Part shown: positions 18,538-28,323 of the stretch, piece after piece
How the letters are laid out: each line of letters begins with the position of its first letter
How positions within the stretch are numbered: the first letter of the stretch is position 1
Source: Actinomycetes bacterium
GTDB taxonomy: Bacteria > Actinomycetota > Acidimicrobiia > Acidimicrobiales > Bog-793
Length of the DNA: 64,000 nt
Direction: 5' to 3'
Assembly: GCA_021798985.1 (NCBI GenBank)
Contig: JAJZBI010000011.1
Span: 23,775 to 87,774, forward strand
The notes under the pieces: generated by a model
Told to the model about the DNA's origin: nothing
Databases searched by the model: none
The model's input: only the letters and a program-made list of their open reading frames with translations
Position numbers and translations under genes: made by a program

Positions 18538-18765
18538 CCGGGGCGGGTCTGTGGTTGAAAGTCGATGCCAGCCGCAGGCGAAGCGACCCACGTAAGGCAA
18601 CCCGTGGTTGCCGAGCACGGTGCGGTTTAGACGTAAGTCCCGCCCGGTGGCGCGCCGGCAGTCGGCGCGTGCTGGAGAAGGGGTGAAGCGGTCCGCTCCC
18701 GCTGGCGCTGGATCGGCCTCGGCCGGTCGCCGCCGGCAGGGCCGTCAGCTCCTCTGCGGGCGAGT
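18538..18765 (+). ncRNA. candidate structured RNA / 5' leader of miaA (class unknown)
   Basis: Stop codons occur in all frames. Helices: a long-range helix 18538-18549/18637-18647, a 7-bp hairpin at 18596-18612, a 7-bp hairpin at 18651-18669, a hairpin at 18711-18728 and a helix 18727-18733/18756-18763. A/U-containing unpaired strings sit between the GC stems. Strand is assumed from the flanking genes. Confidence 0.3.
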
Positions 18766-19767
18766 GTGGGGTCGAAGACCAGGTCAGCCGCTCCGGCCCA
18801 CGCCGCCGCGCCCGTGAGCGGCGCGGCGATCGTCGGCGCCACCGCGACGGGCAAGACGGCCCTCGCCCTCGCGCTCGCCCGGCGCCTCGGCGACCTCGAG
18901 CTCGTGTCAATCGACGCGATGGCGCTCTACCGCCACCTCGACATCGGCACCGCCAAGCCGACCCCCGACGAGCGCGCCGCGGCGCGCTGGCACCTGCTCG
19001 ATTTGGCCGAGCCCGAGGAGGAGTTCTCCGTCGCCCGCTTCCAGCGCGCGGCGCGCGTCGCGCTGGCCGAGATCGCGAGCCGGCACCACCGCCCGCTCCT
19101 CGTCGGCGGGACCGGGCTGTACCACCGCGCCGTCCTCGACGACCTGGCGCTGCCCGGGCGCTACCCGGCGGTCGCCGCCGAGCTGTGGGCCGAGGTGGAG
19201 GCCGCCGGAGGCAGCGCGGCGCTCCACGCCCGCCTTGCGCGCCTCGATCCGGTCGCGGCGGCCCGCATCGAGCCGCGCAACGCCCGTCGCGTCGTGCGCG
19301 CCCTCGAGGTGACGCTCGGCAGCGGGCAGCCCTTCTCGGCGAGCGGCCCCGGGCTCGAGCGCTACGGCGAGACGCCCTTCGTCCAGATCGGCCTGCGGAT
19401 CGAGCGCGCCGAGCTCGACCGCCGTATCGCCGCGCGCCTCGACGCCCAGCTGGCAGCTGGCTGGCTCGAGGAGGCGGCGGCGCTGGCGGCGCGCCCGGGT
19501 GCGCTCTCGCGCACCGCGGCCCAGGCGCTCGGCTACCGCCAGCTGCTCGACCACCTTGCCGGGCACTGCTCGCTCGAGGCAGCGCGCGAGGAGATCTTGC
19601 GCCGGACGCGAGCCTTCGCCCGCCGCCAAGAGTCCTGGTTCCGGCGCGACCCGCGCGTGCGGTGGCTCGATGCCACCGACCCGGACCTCGCGAGCGGCGC
19701 TGCCGCGCTCGTCGGCACCGCGGCGAGCCAGGGCACCGCGGCGAGCCAGGAAGGCAAGGGGCGCTGA
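18766..19767 (+). CDS. miaA: tRNA dimethylallyltransferase
   Basis: IVGATATGKTALALALA P-loop and an MiaA-type core. The start is ambiguous (GTG 18766 or GTG 18814). Confidence 0.9.
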   Translation: MGSKTRSAAPAHAAAPVSGAAIVGATATGKTALALALARRLGDLELVSIDAMALYRHLDIGTAKPTPDERAAARWHLLDLAEPEEEFSVARFQRAARVALAEIASRHHRPLLVGGTGLYHRAVLDDLALPGRYPAVAAELWAEVEAAGGSAALHARLARLDPVAAARIEPRNARRVVRALEVTLGSGQPFSASGPGLERYGETPFVQIGLRIERAELDRRIAARLDAQLAAGWLEEAAALAARPGALSRTAAQALGYRQLLDHLAGHCSLEAAREEILRRTRAFARRQESWFRRDPRVRWLDATDPDLASGAAALVGTAASQGTAASQEGKGR

Positions 19768-19828
19768 GACGGACCAGGCCTTGCCCGCTGGCGCGCGCCG
19801 CTGGTGGGAGGATGGTGGGGTGGGGCTC

Positions 19829-20626
19829 ATGCTTGTCAAGTACGAGGCGCTCGGCAACGACTTCTTGTGCTCGATCGACCCGGACCGCTCCGGGCGCTTC
19901 GACGCCGATCTCGCGCGCTTCCTGTGCGACCGGCGCCGGGGCGTGGGGGCGGACGGGTGGCTGCGCATCAGCCGCGCGGCGGGCGGCGGCCTTTGCATGG
20001 AGCTACGCAACGCGGACGGCAGCGCCGCGGAGACGAGCGGCAACGGGCTGCGCTGCTGTGTGCTCGCCGCGCTCCACGCCGGCCTCGTCCCCGCCGGCAC
20101 CACGACGCTCGACATCGACACGGCGGCGGGGCGCGTCGCGGCCCTCGTGCACGCCGCTGGCGAGGACGGTACCGGTGAGATCGAGGTCGCGATGGGCGAG
20201 CTGGCGGTGACGGTGCTGGCGGACTCGCCGGTGATGGGCCGGCGCGCGCTGTTCGTCGACGTCGGCAACCCGCACCTCGTGCTGCTCGACGAGGGCGCAC
20301 CGGTGCCGCTCGACCTCGCGGCGCGGGGCCCCGCCCTCGAGGCGTCGCGCCCTGGTGGGGTGAACGTCGAGGTGGTCGACGTGCTCGACGCGACGCGCGT
20401 GCAGCTATTTGTCTACGAGCGCGGCGCCGGGCTCACCTTGGCGTGCGGCTCGGGCAGCTGCGCCGCTGCAGCCGCTGGCCGCGCGCTCGGTCGGCTGGGT
20501 GACGAGGTCAGCGTGGCGAACCCGGGCGGGGACGTGACGGTCCGCCTGAGCGGCCCTCGCGAGCACCCGAGCGCCACCTTGGCGGGCCCGGCGCGGCGCG
20601 TGGCGCGCATCGAGGTCGATCTGTGA
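19829..20626 (+). CDS. dapF: diaminopimelate epimerase
   Basis: ATG 19829. Two catalytic Cys motifs (SGNGLRC, ACGSGSCA). Confidence 0.9.
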   Translation: MLVKYEALGNDFLCSIDPDRSGRFDADLARFLCDRRRGVGADGWLRISRAAGGGLCMELRNADGSAAETSGNGLRCCVLAALHAGLVPAGTTTLDIDTAAGRVAALVHAAGEDGTGEIEVAMGELAVTVLADSPVMGRRALFVDVGNPHLVLLDEGAPVPLDLAARGPALEASRPGGVNVEVVDVLDATRVQLFVYERGAGLTLACGSGSCAAAAAGRALGRLGDEVSVANPGGDVTVRLSGPREHPSATLAGPARRVARIEVDL

Positions 20627-21951
20627 GCCTGATCGAGCGCAGCTTCCGGGAACGGATCGTGCTCGTCGGCGTGGTCAGCTGGCCGCGCAGCCTCGATGAG
20701 GTCGAGGCGAGCCTGGATGAGCTCTCGCTGCTCATCGACACCGCCGGCGCCGACGAGGCGGCGCGGGTGATCCAGAGCCGGGACGCGCCGGACCCGGCCA
20801 CCTACCTTGGGCGCGGCAAGGCCGAGGAGCTGCACCGGCTCTGCGAGGAGGTCGATGCCGACACCGTCGTCTTCGACGAGGAGCTCAGCCCTGCCCAGCA
20901 GCGCAACCTCGAGAAGATCCTCGGCCGCACGGCGATCGACCGGACGGCGGTCATCCTCGACATCTTCGCCCAGAACGCCCGTACCGAAGAGGGCCGTGCC
21001 CAAGTCGAGCTCGCCTTGTTGCGCTACCGGCTCCCGCGCCTTCGCGGTCGCGGCGTCTCGCTGTCCCAGCAGGCCGGCGGTATCGGTACGCGGGGGCCGG
21101 GTGAGACCCAGCTCGAGGTCGACCGGCGGCGGATCATGCGCCGCATCACCAAGCTCGAAGCCGAGCTGCGGGCCCTCGAGGGAACCCGGCACACCCAGCG
21201 CCGGTCGCGCCGGCGCGGGGCGCTGCGCAGCGTGTCGCTCGTCGGCTACACGAACGGCGGCAAGTCCACGCTGCTCAACGCGCTCACCGATGCCGACGTG
21301 TTGGTCGAGAACCGCCTGTTCGCGACGCTCGACCCGCGCACCCGTCGCCTCGAGCTGCCCGGTGGTGAGGTCGTGTTGTGCTCGGACACGGTGGGCTTTG
21401 TGCGCAAGCTGCCCCACCAGCTGGTCGAGGCATTCCACTCGACGCTCGAGGTCGTGGTCGACGCCGACCTGCTGGTCCACGTCGTCGACGCCTCGGCCCG
21501 GGACCCGAATGGGGCGATCGACGCGGTGCACAGCGTGCTCGCCGAGATCGGCGCCGAGGACGTGCCCGAGCTGTACTGCTTCAACAAGGCCGATCTCGAT
21601 CCCGACGCCGCCAAGCGCCTGAGCGCCGCCACGCCGGGCTCGGTCACCTGCTCGGGCCGCACCGGTGAGGGCACCGATCGCCTGCTTGCGGCGATCGCCG
21701 AGCACCTGCGGATCCACGACCGGACGGTGGAGCTCGAGATCCCCTACGAGCGCGGCGACGTGCTCGCCGCGTTGCACCGCGCCGGCGAGGTGCTCGACCA
21801 GCGCGACACCGGCAGCGGGCTGGCGGTGCGCGCGCGCCTCGATGAGGCGACCCGCCAGCGCTTTGCGGCCTTTGCCCCGCCTGGCGGCGCCGCCCCGAGC
21901 GGCGATGCGGCCGCTGTTCATCCCGACGACCACGAGGACCCCGCCCGATGA
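20623..21951 (+). CDS. hflX: GTPase HflX
   Basis: GTGA overlap with dapF. G1 GYTNGGKSTLLN, G3 DTVGF, G4 NKAD, and an HflX N-domain. Confidence 0.93.
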   Translation: MSLIERSFRERIVLVGVVSWPRSLDEVEASLDELSLLIDTAGADEAARVIQSRDAPDPATYLGRGKAEELHRLCEEVDADTVVFDEELSPAQQRNLEKILGRTAIDRTAVILDIFAQNARTEEGRAQVELALLRYRLPRLRGRGVSLSQQAGGIGTRGPGETQLEVDRRRIMRRITKLEAELRALEGTRHTQRRSRRRGALRSVSLVGYTNGGKSTLLNALTDADVLVENRLFATLDPRTRRLELPGGEVVLCSDTVGFVRKLPHQLVEAFHSTLEVVVDADLLVHVVDASARDPNGAIDAVHSVLAEIGAEDVPELYCFNKADLDPDAAKRLSAATPGSVTCSGRTGEGTDRLLAAIAEHLRIHDRTVELEIPYERGDVLAALHRAGEVLDQRDTGSGLAVRARLDEATRQRFAAFAPPGGAAPSGDAAAVHPDDHEDPAR

Positions 21952-23132
21952 CTGCGACGCCGTTCCGGCCGCCGACCTATCCCTTCGACCGGCTGCGCCC
22001 ACTCGCCGCGCTCGCCGCCAAGCACGAGGGGGGCATGGTCGACCTGTCGGTCGGCACCCCGTGCGACCCGCCGCCCGATGCGGTGATCGCCGCGCTCGGG
22101 GGCTCGGGCGCCGAGCGCGGCTATCCGCCCGGCGTCGGCTCGGCGCGCCTTCGGGCCGCGGCGCTCGGCTGGGTGGAGCGCCGCTTCGGCGTCAGCCTCG
22201 AGCCCGAGCAGCTCGCCTTTTGCATCGGCACCAAGGAGTTCGTTGCCGGGGTGCCGCACTGGCTGCGGCTGCGCCGCCCCGAGCGCGACGTCGTGCTCTA
22301 TCCCGAGGTCGCCTACCCGACCTACGCGATGGGAGCGCTGCTCGCCGGGGCGCGACCGGTCGCCGTGCCGGTGCGCGACGGCCGACTCGCCCTCGAGACG
22401 GTGAGCGAGCAGGACGCCGAGCAGGCGCTGTGCCTGTGGGTGAACAGCCCCTCGAACCCGACGGGGGCGCTCGACGACCTGGTGGCGGCGGCGAGCTGGG
22501 GACGCGTGCGGGAGGTCCCCGTGCTCTCCGACGAGTGCTACGCCGAGTTCACCTGGCAGGGCTCGCCGGCGACGATCCTCTCCGCGGGCAGCGCCTCGGT
22601 GCTGGCCCTGCACTCGATCTCCAAGCGCTCGAACGCGGCCGGGCTGCGCTGCGGCTTTTATGCCGGCGACCCCGAGCTCGTCCACTACCTCTCCGAGCTC
22701 CGCCGCCACGCCGGCTTCATGATCCCCGGCCCGATCCAGCTGGCCGGCGCCGTGGCCCTCGAGGATGACGACCACGTCGTCGCCCAGCGCCAGCGCTACC
22801 GCGCCCGGCTCGAGCTGCTGCACGCGCTCCTTGCCGGCCTTGGGATCGACGCGGAGCTCCCCGCCGGGGGCTTCTACCTCTGGGTGGACCTCGACGAGCG
22901 CGCCGCTCGGCGCGTCGCCGAGCGCGCGGCGACCGGGGCGCCGTGGAGCGACGAGCCCGGTGAGCCGCCGGCGTGGGCCTTCACCCGGGCGCTCGCCGAG
23001 TACGCCGGCGCGCTCGTCAGCCCCGGCGACTTCTACGCCGAGCACGCCGCGGACCACGTCCGCATCGCCGTCGTGCAGCCCGACGAGCGCCTTGCGCTCG
23101 TCGGCCGGCGCCTCGGAGTCGCCGTCGGCTGA
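21948..23132 (+). CDS. dapC: PLP-dependent aminotransferase, succinyldiaminopimelate transaminase (DapC)-like
   Basis: ATGA overlap with hflX. SNPTG and SISKRSNAAGLR PLP-lysine motifs. Confidence 0.75.
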   Translation: MTATPFRPPTYPFDRLRPLAALAAKHEGGMVDLSVGTPCDPPPDAVIAALGGSGAERGYPPGVGSARLRAAALGWVERRFGVSLEPEQLAFCIGTKEFVAGVPHWLRLRRPERDVVLYPEVAYPTYAMGALLAGARPVAVPVRDGRLALETVSEQDAEQALCLWVNSPSNPTGALDDLVAAASWGRVREVPVLSDECYAEFTWQGSPATILSAGSASVLALHSISKRSNAAGLRCGFYAGDPELVHYLSELRRHAGFMIPGPIQLAGAVALEDDDHVVAQRQRYRARLELLHALLAGLGIDAELPAGGFYLWVDLDERAARRVAERAATGAPWSDEPGEPPAWAFTRALAEYAGALVSPGDFYAEHAADHVRIAVVQPDERLALVGRRLGVAVG

Positions 23133-23136
23133 CCTT

Positions 23137-23157
23137 CCCCTGGCCGTGGCCAAGGGG
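23137..23157 (+). terminator. terminator-like hairpin after dapC
   Basis: CCCCTGGC...GCCAAGGGG stem (8 bp with one bulge), 5 nt after the stop. There is no U-tract. Confidence 0.35.
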
Positions 23158-23204
23158 ACTTTGGCCCCTACGCGCCCTGCGGCGCGCGGCGCGAGGCTGC
23201 GGCA

Positions 23205-24776
23205 ATGGGCAGCCTGGCGGCTCTTCCCGCGCCCAAGGTGCGCGATCGCGGCGTCATCTTGGCGGTGCTTTGCCTGAGCTTGCTCATCGTCAGCCTCGAC
23301 AACACCGTGTTGAACGTGGCGATGCCCGACATCGTGCGGGAGCTGAACGCCACCTCGGGCCAGCTGCAATGGGTGATCGACGCGTACGCCGTGGTCTTTG
23401 CGGGGCTGCTGCTCGTCATCGGCAGCATCGGCGACCGCGTGGGGCGCAAGTGGACCTACCTCGGCGGACTGACCGTCTTCGGGGCCGGCTCGGCGATCAG
23501 CGCCTTTGCCGGATCGCCGAACCACCTCATCGCCGCGCGCGTCGTGATGGGCGTGGGCGCCGCGGCGATCATGCCTTCGACGCTGTCGATCCTGACCAAC
23601 GTCTTCCCCGAGCCCGCCGCGCGCGCCCGGGCGATCGGGCTGTGGTCGGGAACGACGGGGCTTGGCGTCGCGATCGGCCCGGTCATCGGCGGCTGGCTGC
23701 TCGCCCACTACTGGTGGGGATCGGTCTTTTTGATCAACGTGCCGATCGCCGCGCTCGCCGTCGTGGCGACCCTGCTGATCGTCCCGAACTCGGCGAGCGG
23801 CAACGCGCGCCGCGCCGATCCGATCGGCGCGGCCCTCTCGATCATCGGCATGGGGGCCCTGTTGTGGGGGATCATCGAGGCCCCGACGCGAGGCTGGGAC
23901 CACCCGGTCGTGCTCGGCGCCCTCGTCGGCGCCGTCGTGATCCTGGCGGTGTTCGCGCGCTTTGAGCAACGCAGCTCCTCGCCCATGCTCCAGGTGGCCT
24001 TCTTCGCCTCCCGGCGCTTCTCGGTGGCGATGGCCGGCCTCGCCTTCGTCATCTTCTCCTTGATGGGCGGATTGTTCGTGCTCACGCAGTACCTGCAGTT
24101 CGCCCTCGGCTACAGCGCGCTGCAGGCGGGAATGCGGATCTCGCCGATCGCGGCGGTGATCTTGGTCGTGGCGCCGGCGTCGATGTTGGCGGTGCAGCGC
24201 ATCGGGACCAAGCCGGTCGTCGCTGCCGGGATCGCGCTGATCGCCGGCGGGCTCTTCGCGCTCTCGCGCGTGACGGTCGCCGGCGGCTACGGCGACGCCC
24301 TGCCGGCGTTCTTCTGCCTCGGCATCGGCGCGGGCCTTTCCTTTGCCCCCTGCACCGACGCGGTCATGGGCTCCTTGCCCCTTGAGGATGCCGGCGTGGG
24401 ATCGGCGACCAACGGCGCCGCCTTGCAGACCGGGGGCGCGATCGGCGTGGCGGTCTTCGGCAGCCTGCTCAACACCCGATATCAGGACCAGCTGAAGCCG
24501 CTGCTCGCCCACCACCCGATGCCGGCGAGCGTCTTGCACCTCATCATGGGATCCCTCGGCGGGGCGCTCGAGGTCGCCAAGCACGCCGGGCCGCTCGGCG
24601 CCGCGCTGGCGGGCGCGGCGCGCCAGGCCTTCGTACACGGACTGGACCTCGCCGTCTTGGTCGGCGGGATCGTCGCGCTCGCTGCCGCGGTGCTCGTCCT
24701 CGCCCTGTTGCCGAACCGCCCCGAGCGCCGAGGCCTCGATCGCGCCGCCGAGGGCGAGGCGGCAGACGCCGCCTGA
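23205..24776 (+). CDS. MFS transporter, DHA2 (EmrB/QacA, 14-TMS) type
   Basis: About 14 hydrophobic helices and the GSIGDRVGRKW MFS motif. Confidence 0.85.
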   Translation: MGSLAALPAPKVRDRGVILAVLCLSLLIVSLDNTVLNVAMPDIVRELNATSGQLQWVIDAYAVVFAGLLLVIGSIGDRVGRKWTYLGGLTVFGAGSAISAFAGSPNHLIAARVVMGVGAAAIMPSTLSILTNVFPEPAARARAIGLWSGTTGLGVAIGPVIGGWLLAHYWWGSVFLINVPIAALAVVATLLIVPNSASGNARRADPIGAALSIIGMGALLWGIIEAPTRGWDHPVVLGALVGAVVILAVFARFEQRSSSPMLQVAFFASRRFSVAMAGLAFVIFSLMGGLFVLTQYLQFALGYSALQAGMRISPIAAVILVVAPASMLAVQRIGTKPVVAAGIALIAGGLFALSRVTVAGGYGDALPAFFCLGIGAGLSFAPCTDAVMGSLPLEDAGVGSATNGAALQTGGAIGVAVFGSLLNTRYQDQLKPLLAHHPMPASVLHLIMGSLGGALEVAKHAGPLGAALAGAARQAFVHGLDLAVLVGGIVALAAAVLVLALLPNRPERRGLDRAAEGEAADAA

Positions 24777-24788
24777 CTGCCCGGCGCC

Positions 24789-25259
24789 TCAGGGGCCCTC
24801 GTCGAAGATGAGGACGGGGACCTCGATGCGCTGCAGTCGGCGCGTGTCGCCGAGCGGGGCGCGGATCTCGAGCGTCGTGCCGCGGTAGCGGGCGGCGACC
24901 TGCTCTTCGATCGTGCCGGGCGGCAGCGCGATGTCGCGCACGAAGGTGCCAAAGCGCAGATCCGAGGCGTGCTCAGCCGGCTCGGCCAGGAACTCCCGGC
25001 TGGCGCGGATGTGGAGCACGTCGTTCGCGATCCAGACGCGGATGTCCCGGTGCGGATCTAGGCCGGGCAGCTCGGCCTGGATCACCAGCTGGCCACCTTG
25101 GCGGAACTCGAGTGCCACGCTCACCGTCCTTTGCGTGCGGCGCGGCGGTGCAGCCGAACCCGCGGCGCCGGCCGCCGTCGAAATGACCACCTTGACGGTC
25201 TCGATGCGCAACAATGACGCACCGCTTCGGTCATGGGTCCCGGCGTCGTGGTCGACCAT
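24789..25259 (-). CDS. Hsp20/alpha-crystallin family small heat-shock protein
   Basis: Alpha-crystallin domain (FVRDIALPPGTIEEQVAARYRGTTLEIRAPL). The start is uncertain. Confidence 0.75.
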   Translation of the reverse strand: MVDHDAGTHDRSGASLLRIETVKVVISTAAGAAGSAAPPRRTQRTVSVALEFRQGGQLVIQAELPGLDPHRDIRVWIANDVLHIRASREFLAEPAEHASDLRFGTFVRDIALPPGTIEEQVAARYRGTTLEIRAPLGDTRRLQRIEVPVLIFDEGP

Positions 25260-25378
25260 AGGGTCACCATGGTCCGCGGACTAGGGCCGAAAGACCACCC
25301 CGACAGCCACCTTCGCCCCTGCAGCGACCCACCGGCCACGCGGCAGGGTGACCGAGATGCCAAGGACAGGAGAGATCC

Positions 25379-26584
25379 GTGAGTGAGGCTTCTCAGCAAG
25401 CGAGCTCCGGTACCAATCGGTTGCAGGTTGCAGCGATCCGCGAGCGCGCCGTCGGCGAGCAACGGGTCGCGCTCACGCCCGACGCGGTCCCCAAGCTCGC
25501 CAAGGCGGGGATCGACGTCCTGATCGAGTCGGGCGCCGGCGCAGCCGCCTGGTTCGCCGATGAGGCCTACGCCGAGGCCGGGGCGAGCGTCGTCGACGCC
25601 GATGAGCTCTACCGGCGGGCGGACGTCGTGGTGACCGTCGCCTCGCCGCCGGTCGAGGACCTCGCTCGCTTGCGGCGCGGGACGACCTTGATCGGCATGC
25701 TGCGGCCGCTGGTGAGCGCGGACCTCGTGACGGCGCTCGCGAGCGCGGGGATCGACGCCATCAGCATGGACGGCCTGGCGCGCACGATCAGCCGGGCGCA
25801 GTCGATGGACGCCCTCAGCTCGCAGGCGAACGTGGCGGGCTACAAGGCGGTGCTCGTGGCTGCGGACCGCTTCGCCCGCTTCTTCCCGCTCTTGATCACC
25901 GCCGCCGGGACCGCCAAGCCGGCCGACGTCCTCGTGCTCGGCGCCGGCGTCGCCGGGCTCCAGGCGATGGGCACGGCACGTCGCCTCGGCGCCCAGGTGA
26001 CCGGCTATGACGTGCGCCCCGAGACGCGCACCGAGATCGAGTCGGTGGGCGCGCGCTTCTTGCAGCTGCAGTCGGTCACCTCGGCCGCAGGCGAGGGCGG
26101 ATACGCCCGGGCGCTCACCACTGAGGAGCAGGCCGCGCAGCAAGAAGAGCTCAACCGGCTGATCGGCCGCTTCGACATCGTGATCACCACGGCGCAGGTG
26201 CCGGGCCGCCGCCCGCCGCTGCTCGTCACGGGTGCGGCGGTGAAGGCGATGCGGGCCGGCTCGGTACTCGTCGACCTGGCGGCGAGCGCGCTCGGTGGCA
26301 ACGTCGAGGGATCGGTCCCTGACGAGGTCGTCCAGACCGAGAACGGCGTCACGATCGTCGGGGCCGGCAACCTCCCCGCCCAGGTGCCGACGGCGTCGTC
26401 CTCGGCCTTCTCCAACAACCTCTGCGCGCTGCTCGCGTCCTTGGTGCATGACGGGCAACTCGCCATCGACCTCGAGGACGAGATCCACGCCAGCGTCGTC
26501 GTGGTGCGCGGGGGCACGGTCGTGCACCCCGCCGTGGCGGCGCGGCTCGAACCCTCCCCACAAGAGAAAGGCGGCGACCAATGA
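25379..26584 (+). CDS. pntAA: NAD(P) transhydrogenase subunit alpha part 1
   Basis: Alanine dehydrogenase/PNT fold with the VLGAGVAGLQA Rossmann motif. Confidence 0.9.
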   Translation: MSEASQQASSGTNRLQVAAIRERAVGEQRVALTPDAVPKLAKAGIDVLIESGAGAAAWFADEAYAEAGASVVDADELYRRADVVVTVASPPVEDLARLRRGTTLIGMLRPLVSADLVTALASAGIDAISMDGLARTISRAQSMDALSSQANVAGYKAVLVAADRFARFFPLLITAAGTAKPADVLVLGAGVAGLQAMGTARRLGAQVTGYDVRPETRTEIESVGARFLQLQSVTSAAGEGGYARALTTEEQAAQQEELNRLIGRFDIVITTAQVPGRRPPLLVTGAAVKAMRAGSVLVDLAASALGGNVEGSVPDEVVQTENGVTIVGAGNLPAQVPTASSSAFSNNLCALLASLVHDGQLAIDLEDEIHASVVVVRGGTVVHPAVAARLEPSPQEKGGDQ

Positions 26585-26901
26585 GCGCCGGGCTCGTCTC
26601 GGACATCAGCATCTTCGTGCTGGCGATCCTTGCCGGATTCGAAGTCATCTCCAAGGTGCCCTCGACGTTGCACACGCCGCTCATGTCGGCGTCCAACGCG
26701 ATCCACGGCATCGTCTTCGTCGGCGCGATGGTGACGGCCTCCCAGGCGCACAGCGCTGTTGGCTACGTGTTGACCTTCGTCGCCTCGCTCTTCGCAGCGA
26801 TGAACGTCGCCGGCGGCTATGCGATCACCGACCGCATGCTCCAAATGTTCCGCAAGCGGCCGCTGCCGCGAACTGACGCCGAGCCGAGCGAGGGGAACTA
26901 G
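26581..26901 (+). CDS. pntAB: NAD(P) transhydrogenase subunit alpha part 2 (membrane)
   Basis: ATGA overlap. 106 aa made of hydrophobic helices. Confidence 0.85.
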   Translation: MSAGLVSDISIFVLAILAGFEVISKVPSTLHTPLMSASNAIHGIVFVGAMVTASQAHSAVGYVLTFVASLFAAMNVAGGYAITDRMLQMFRKRPLPRTDAEPSEGN

Positions 26902-26904
26902 GCC

Positions 26905-28323
26905 ATGGGAACCGTCAACACGATCCTCGCGTTCGTCTACCTCCTCGCCGCCGTCGGCTTCGTCGCCGGGCTGCACTTGATGAACTCGCCGGCGACGGCC
27001 CGCAAGGGCAGCCCACTGTCGATGTGGGCGATGGTGGCGGCAATTGCCGCAACGATCGCCAAGATGGGCTACGACAACAAGACCAGCGCGACCGCATGGA
27101 TCGTGCTGGCGGCCGGTGCGCTGATCGGCGGCGTGGTCGGGCTGTGGATGGCACGAACGGTGAAGATGACGGCCATCCCCCAGCTCGTCAGCCTCTTCAA
27201 CGCGGTCGGCGGCGGTGCCGCTGCAGTCGTCGCCATCGCCGACTACGTGCGGCTGTCGGGGGTGTCTGCGAGCGCGATCACGACGCGGGTCACCGTCTCG
27301 ACCGTGCTCGACGTGATCATCGGCGCCGTCACCTTCGCCGGGTCGTTGATCGCGGCGGGCAAGCTGCAGGGCTGGATCACCGGCCAGCCGGTGGTCTTCC
27401 CCGGGGCGCGGATCCTCTCGGGCCTGCTGGCGGTGTGCGCGCTTGGCGGCAGCGGCTACTTGCTGTCGGGCGCCGACAACATCGCGGTGCTGATGGTCGT
27501 GCTCGGCGCGGCGCTGATCTTCGGGATCGCGATGGTGCTGCCCATCGGTGGCGCCGACATGCCGGTCGTCATCGCCTTGCTCAACGCCTTCACGGGCATC
27601 GCCGTCGCGATGGCGGGATTCGTCATCAACAACTCCGGCCTGATCATCGCCGGGGCGCTCGTCGGGGCATCGGGAAGCATCCTCACCAAGCTGATGGCCG
27701 ATGCCATGAACCGCTCGATCCTCAACATCATCGTCGGCGGCTTCGGCACCGGCGACAGCGCCAACGTCGTGGTCGGTGCCGGCGGAGCCGACATCCGCCA
27801 GATCTCGGCGGAGGACGCGGCCATCCAGCTGGCGTACGCGACCAAGGTGATGGTGGTTCCCGGCTACGGTCTGGCCGCCGCGCAGGCCCAGCACGAGGTC
27901 CGCGAGCTCGCCGAGGTGCTCGAGTCCCGCGGCATCGAGGTGCACTTCGCCATCCACCCGGTGGCCGGCCGCATGCCCGGGCACATGAACGTGCTGTTGG
28001 CCGAGGTGAACGTGCCTTACACCGAGCTCAAGGAGATGGACGAGGCGAACCGCGAGTTCCCGACCGTGGACGTGTCCCTGGTCGTCGGGGCCAACGACGT
28101 CACCAACCCCGCCGCCCGGCGCCCGAACACGCCGCTGTCGGGTATGCCGATCCTCGACGTCGACCGCTCGCACAACATCATCGTCATCAAGCGCTCGATG
28201 GGCCACGGGTACGCCGGCATCGACAACGAGCTCTACGCCGATCCGAAGACGGGCATGTTCTTCGCGGATGCCAAGCGCGGCCTGGCCGAGATCGTCGCGG
28301 CGGTGAAAACCTTGGTCGGGTGA
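26905..28323 (+). CDS. pntB: NAD(P) transhydrogenase subunit beta
   Basis: N-terminal polytopic domain plus a C-terminal NADP(H) domain (VVPGYGLAAAQAQH, GANDVTNP). Confidence 0.92.
   Translation: MGTVNTILAFVYLLAAVGFVAGLHLMNSPATARKGSPLSMWAMVAAIAATIAKMGYDNKTSATAWIVLAAGALIGGVVGLWMARTVKMTAIPQLVSLFNAVGGGAAAVVAIADYVRLSGVSASAITTRVTVSTVLDVIIGAVTFAGSLIAAGKLQGWITGQPVVFPGARILSGLLAVCALGGSGYLLSGADNIAVLMVVLGAALIFGIAMVLPIGGADMPVVIALLNAFTGIAVAMAGFVINNSGLIIAGALVGASGSILTKLMADAMNRSILNIIVGGFGTGDSANVVVGAGGADIRQISAEDAAIQLAYATKVMVVPGYGLAAAQAQHEVRELAEVLESRGIEVHFAIHPVAGRMPGHMNVLLAEVNVPYTELKEMDEANREFPTVDVSLVVGANDVTNPAARRPNTPLSGMPILDVDRSHNIIVIKRSMGHGYAGIDNELYADPKTGMFFADAKRGLAEIVAAVKTLVG

Noticed and set aside
18526-18813. 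Identification of the structured spacer as RNase P RNA, tmRNA, SRP RNA or a cobalamin riboswitch.
   Set aside because: The region is too short for RNase P or tmRNA, and it lacks GAGGAAAGUCCGG / ACAGAA and the tRNA-like end. ACCAGGUCAG resembles 4.5S RNA, but the GGAA-tetraloop/AGCAGCC domain IV core is absent. CGAAGACC and GGUGAAG resemble B12-box/core strings, but the GCCACUG-type elements and pairing pattern do not fit. It is therefore left as 'class unknown'.
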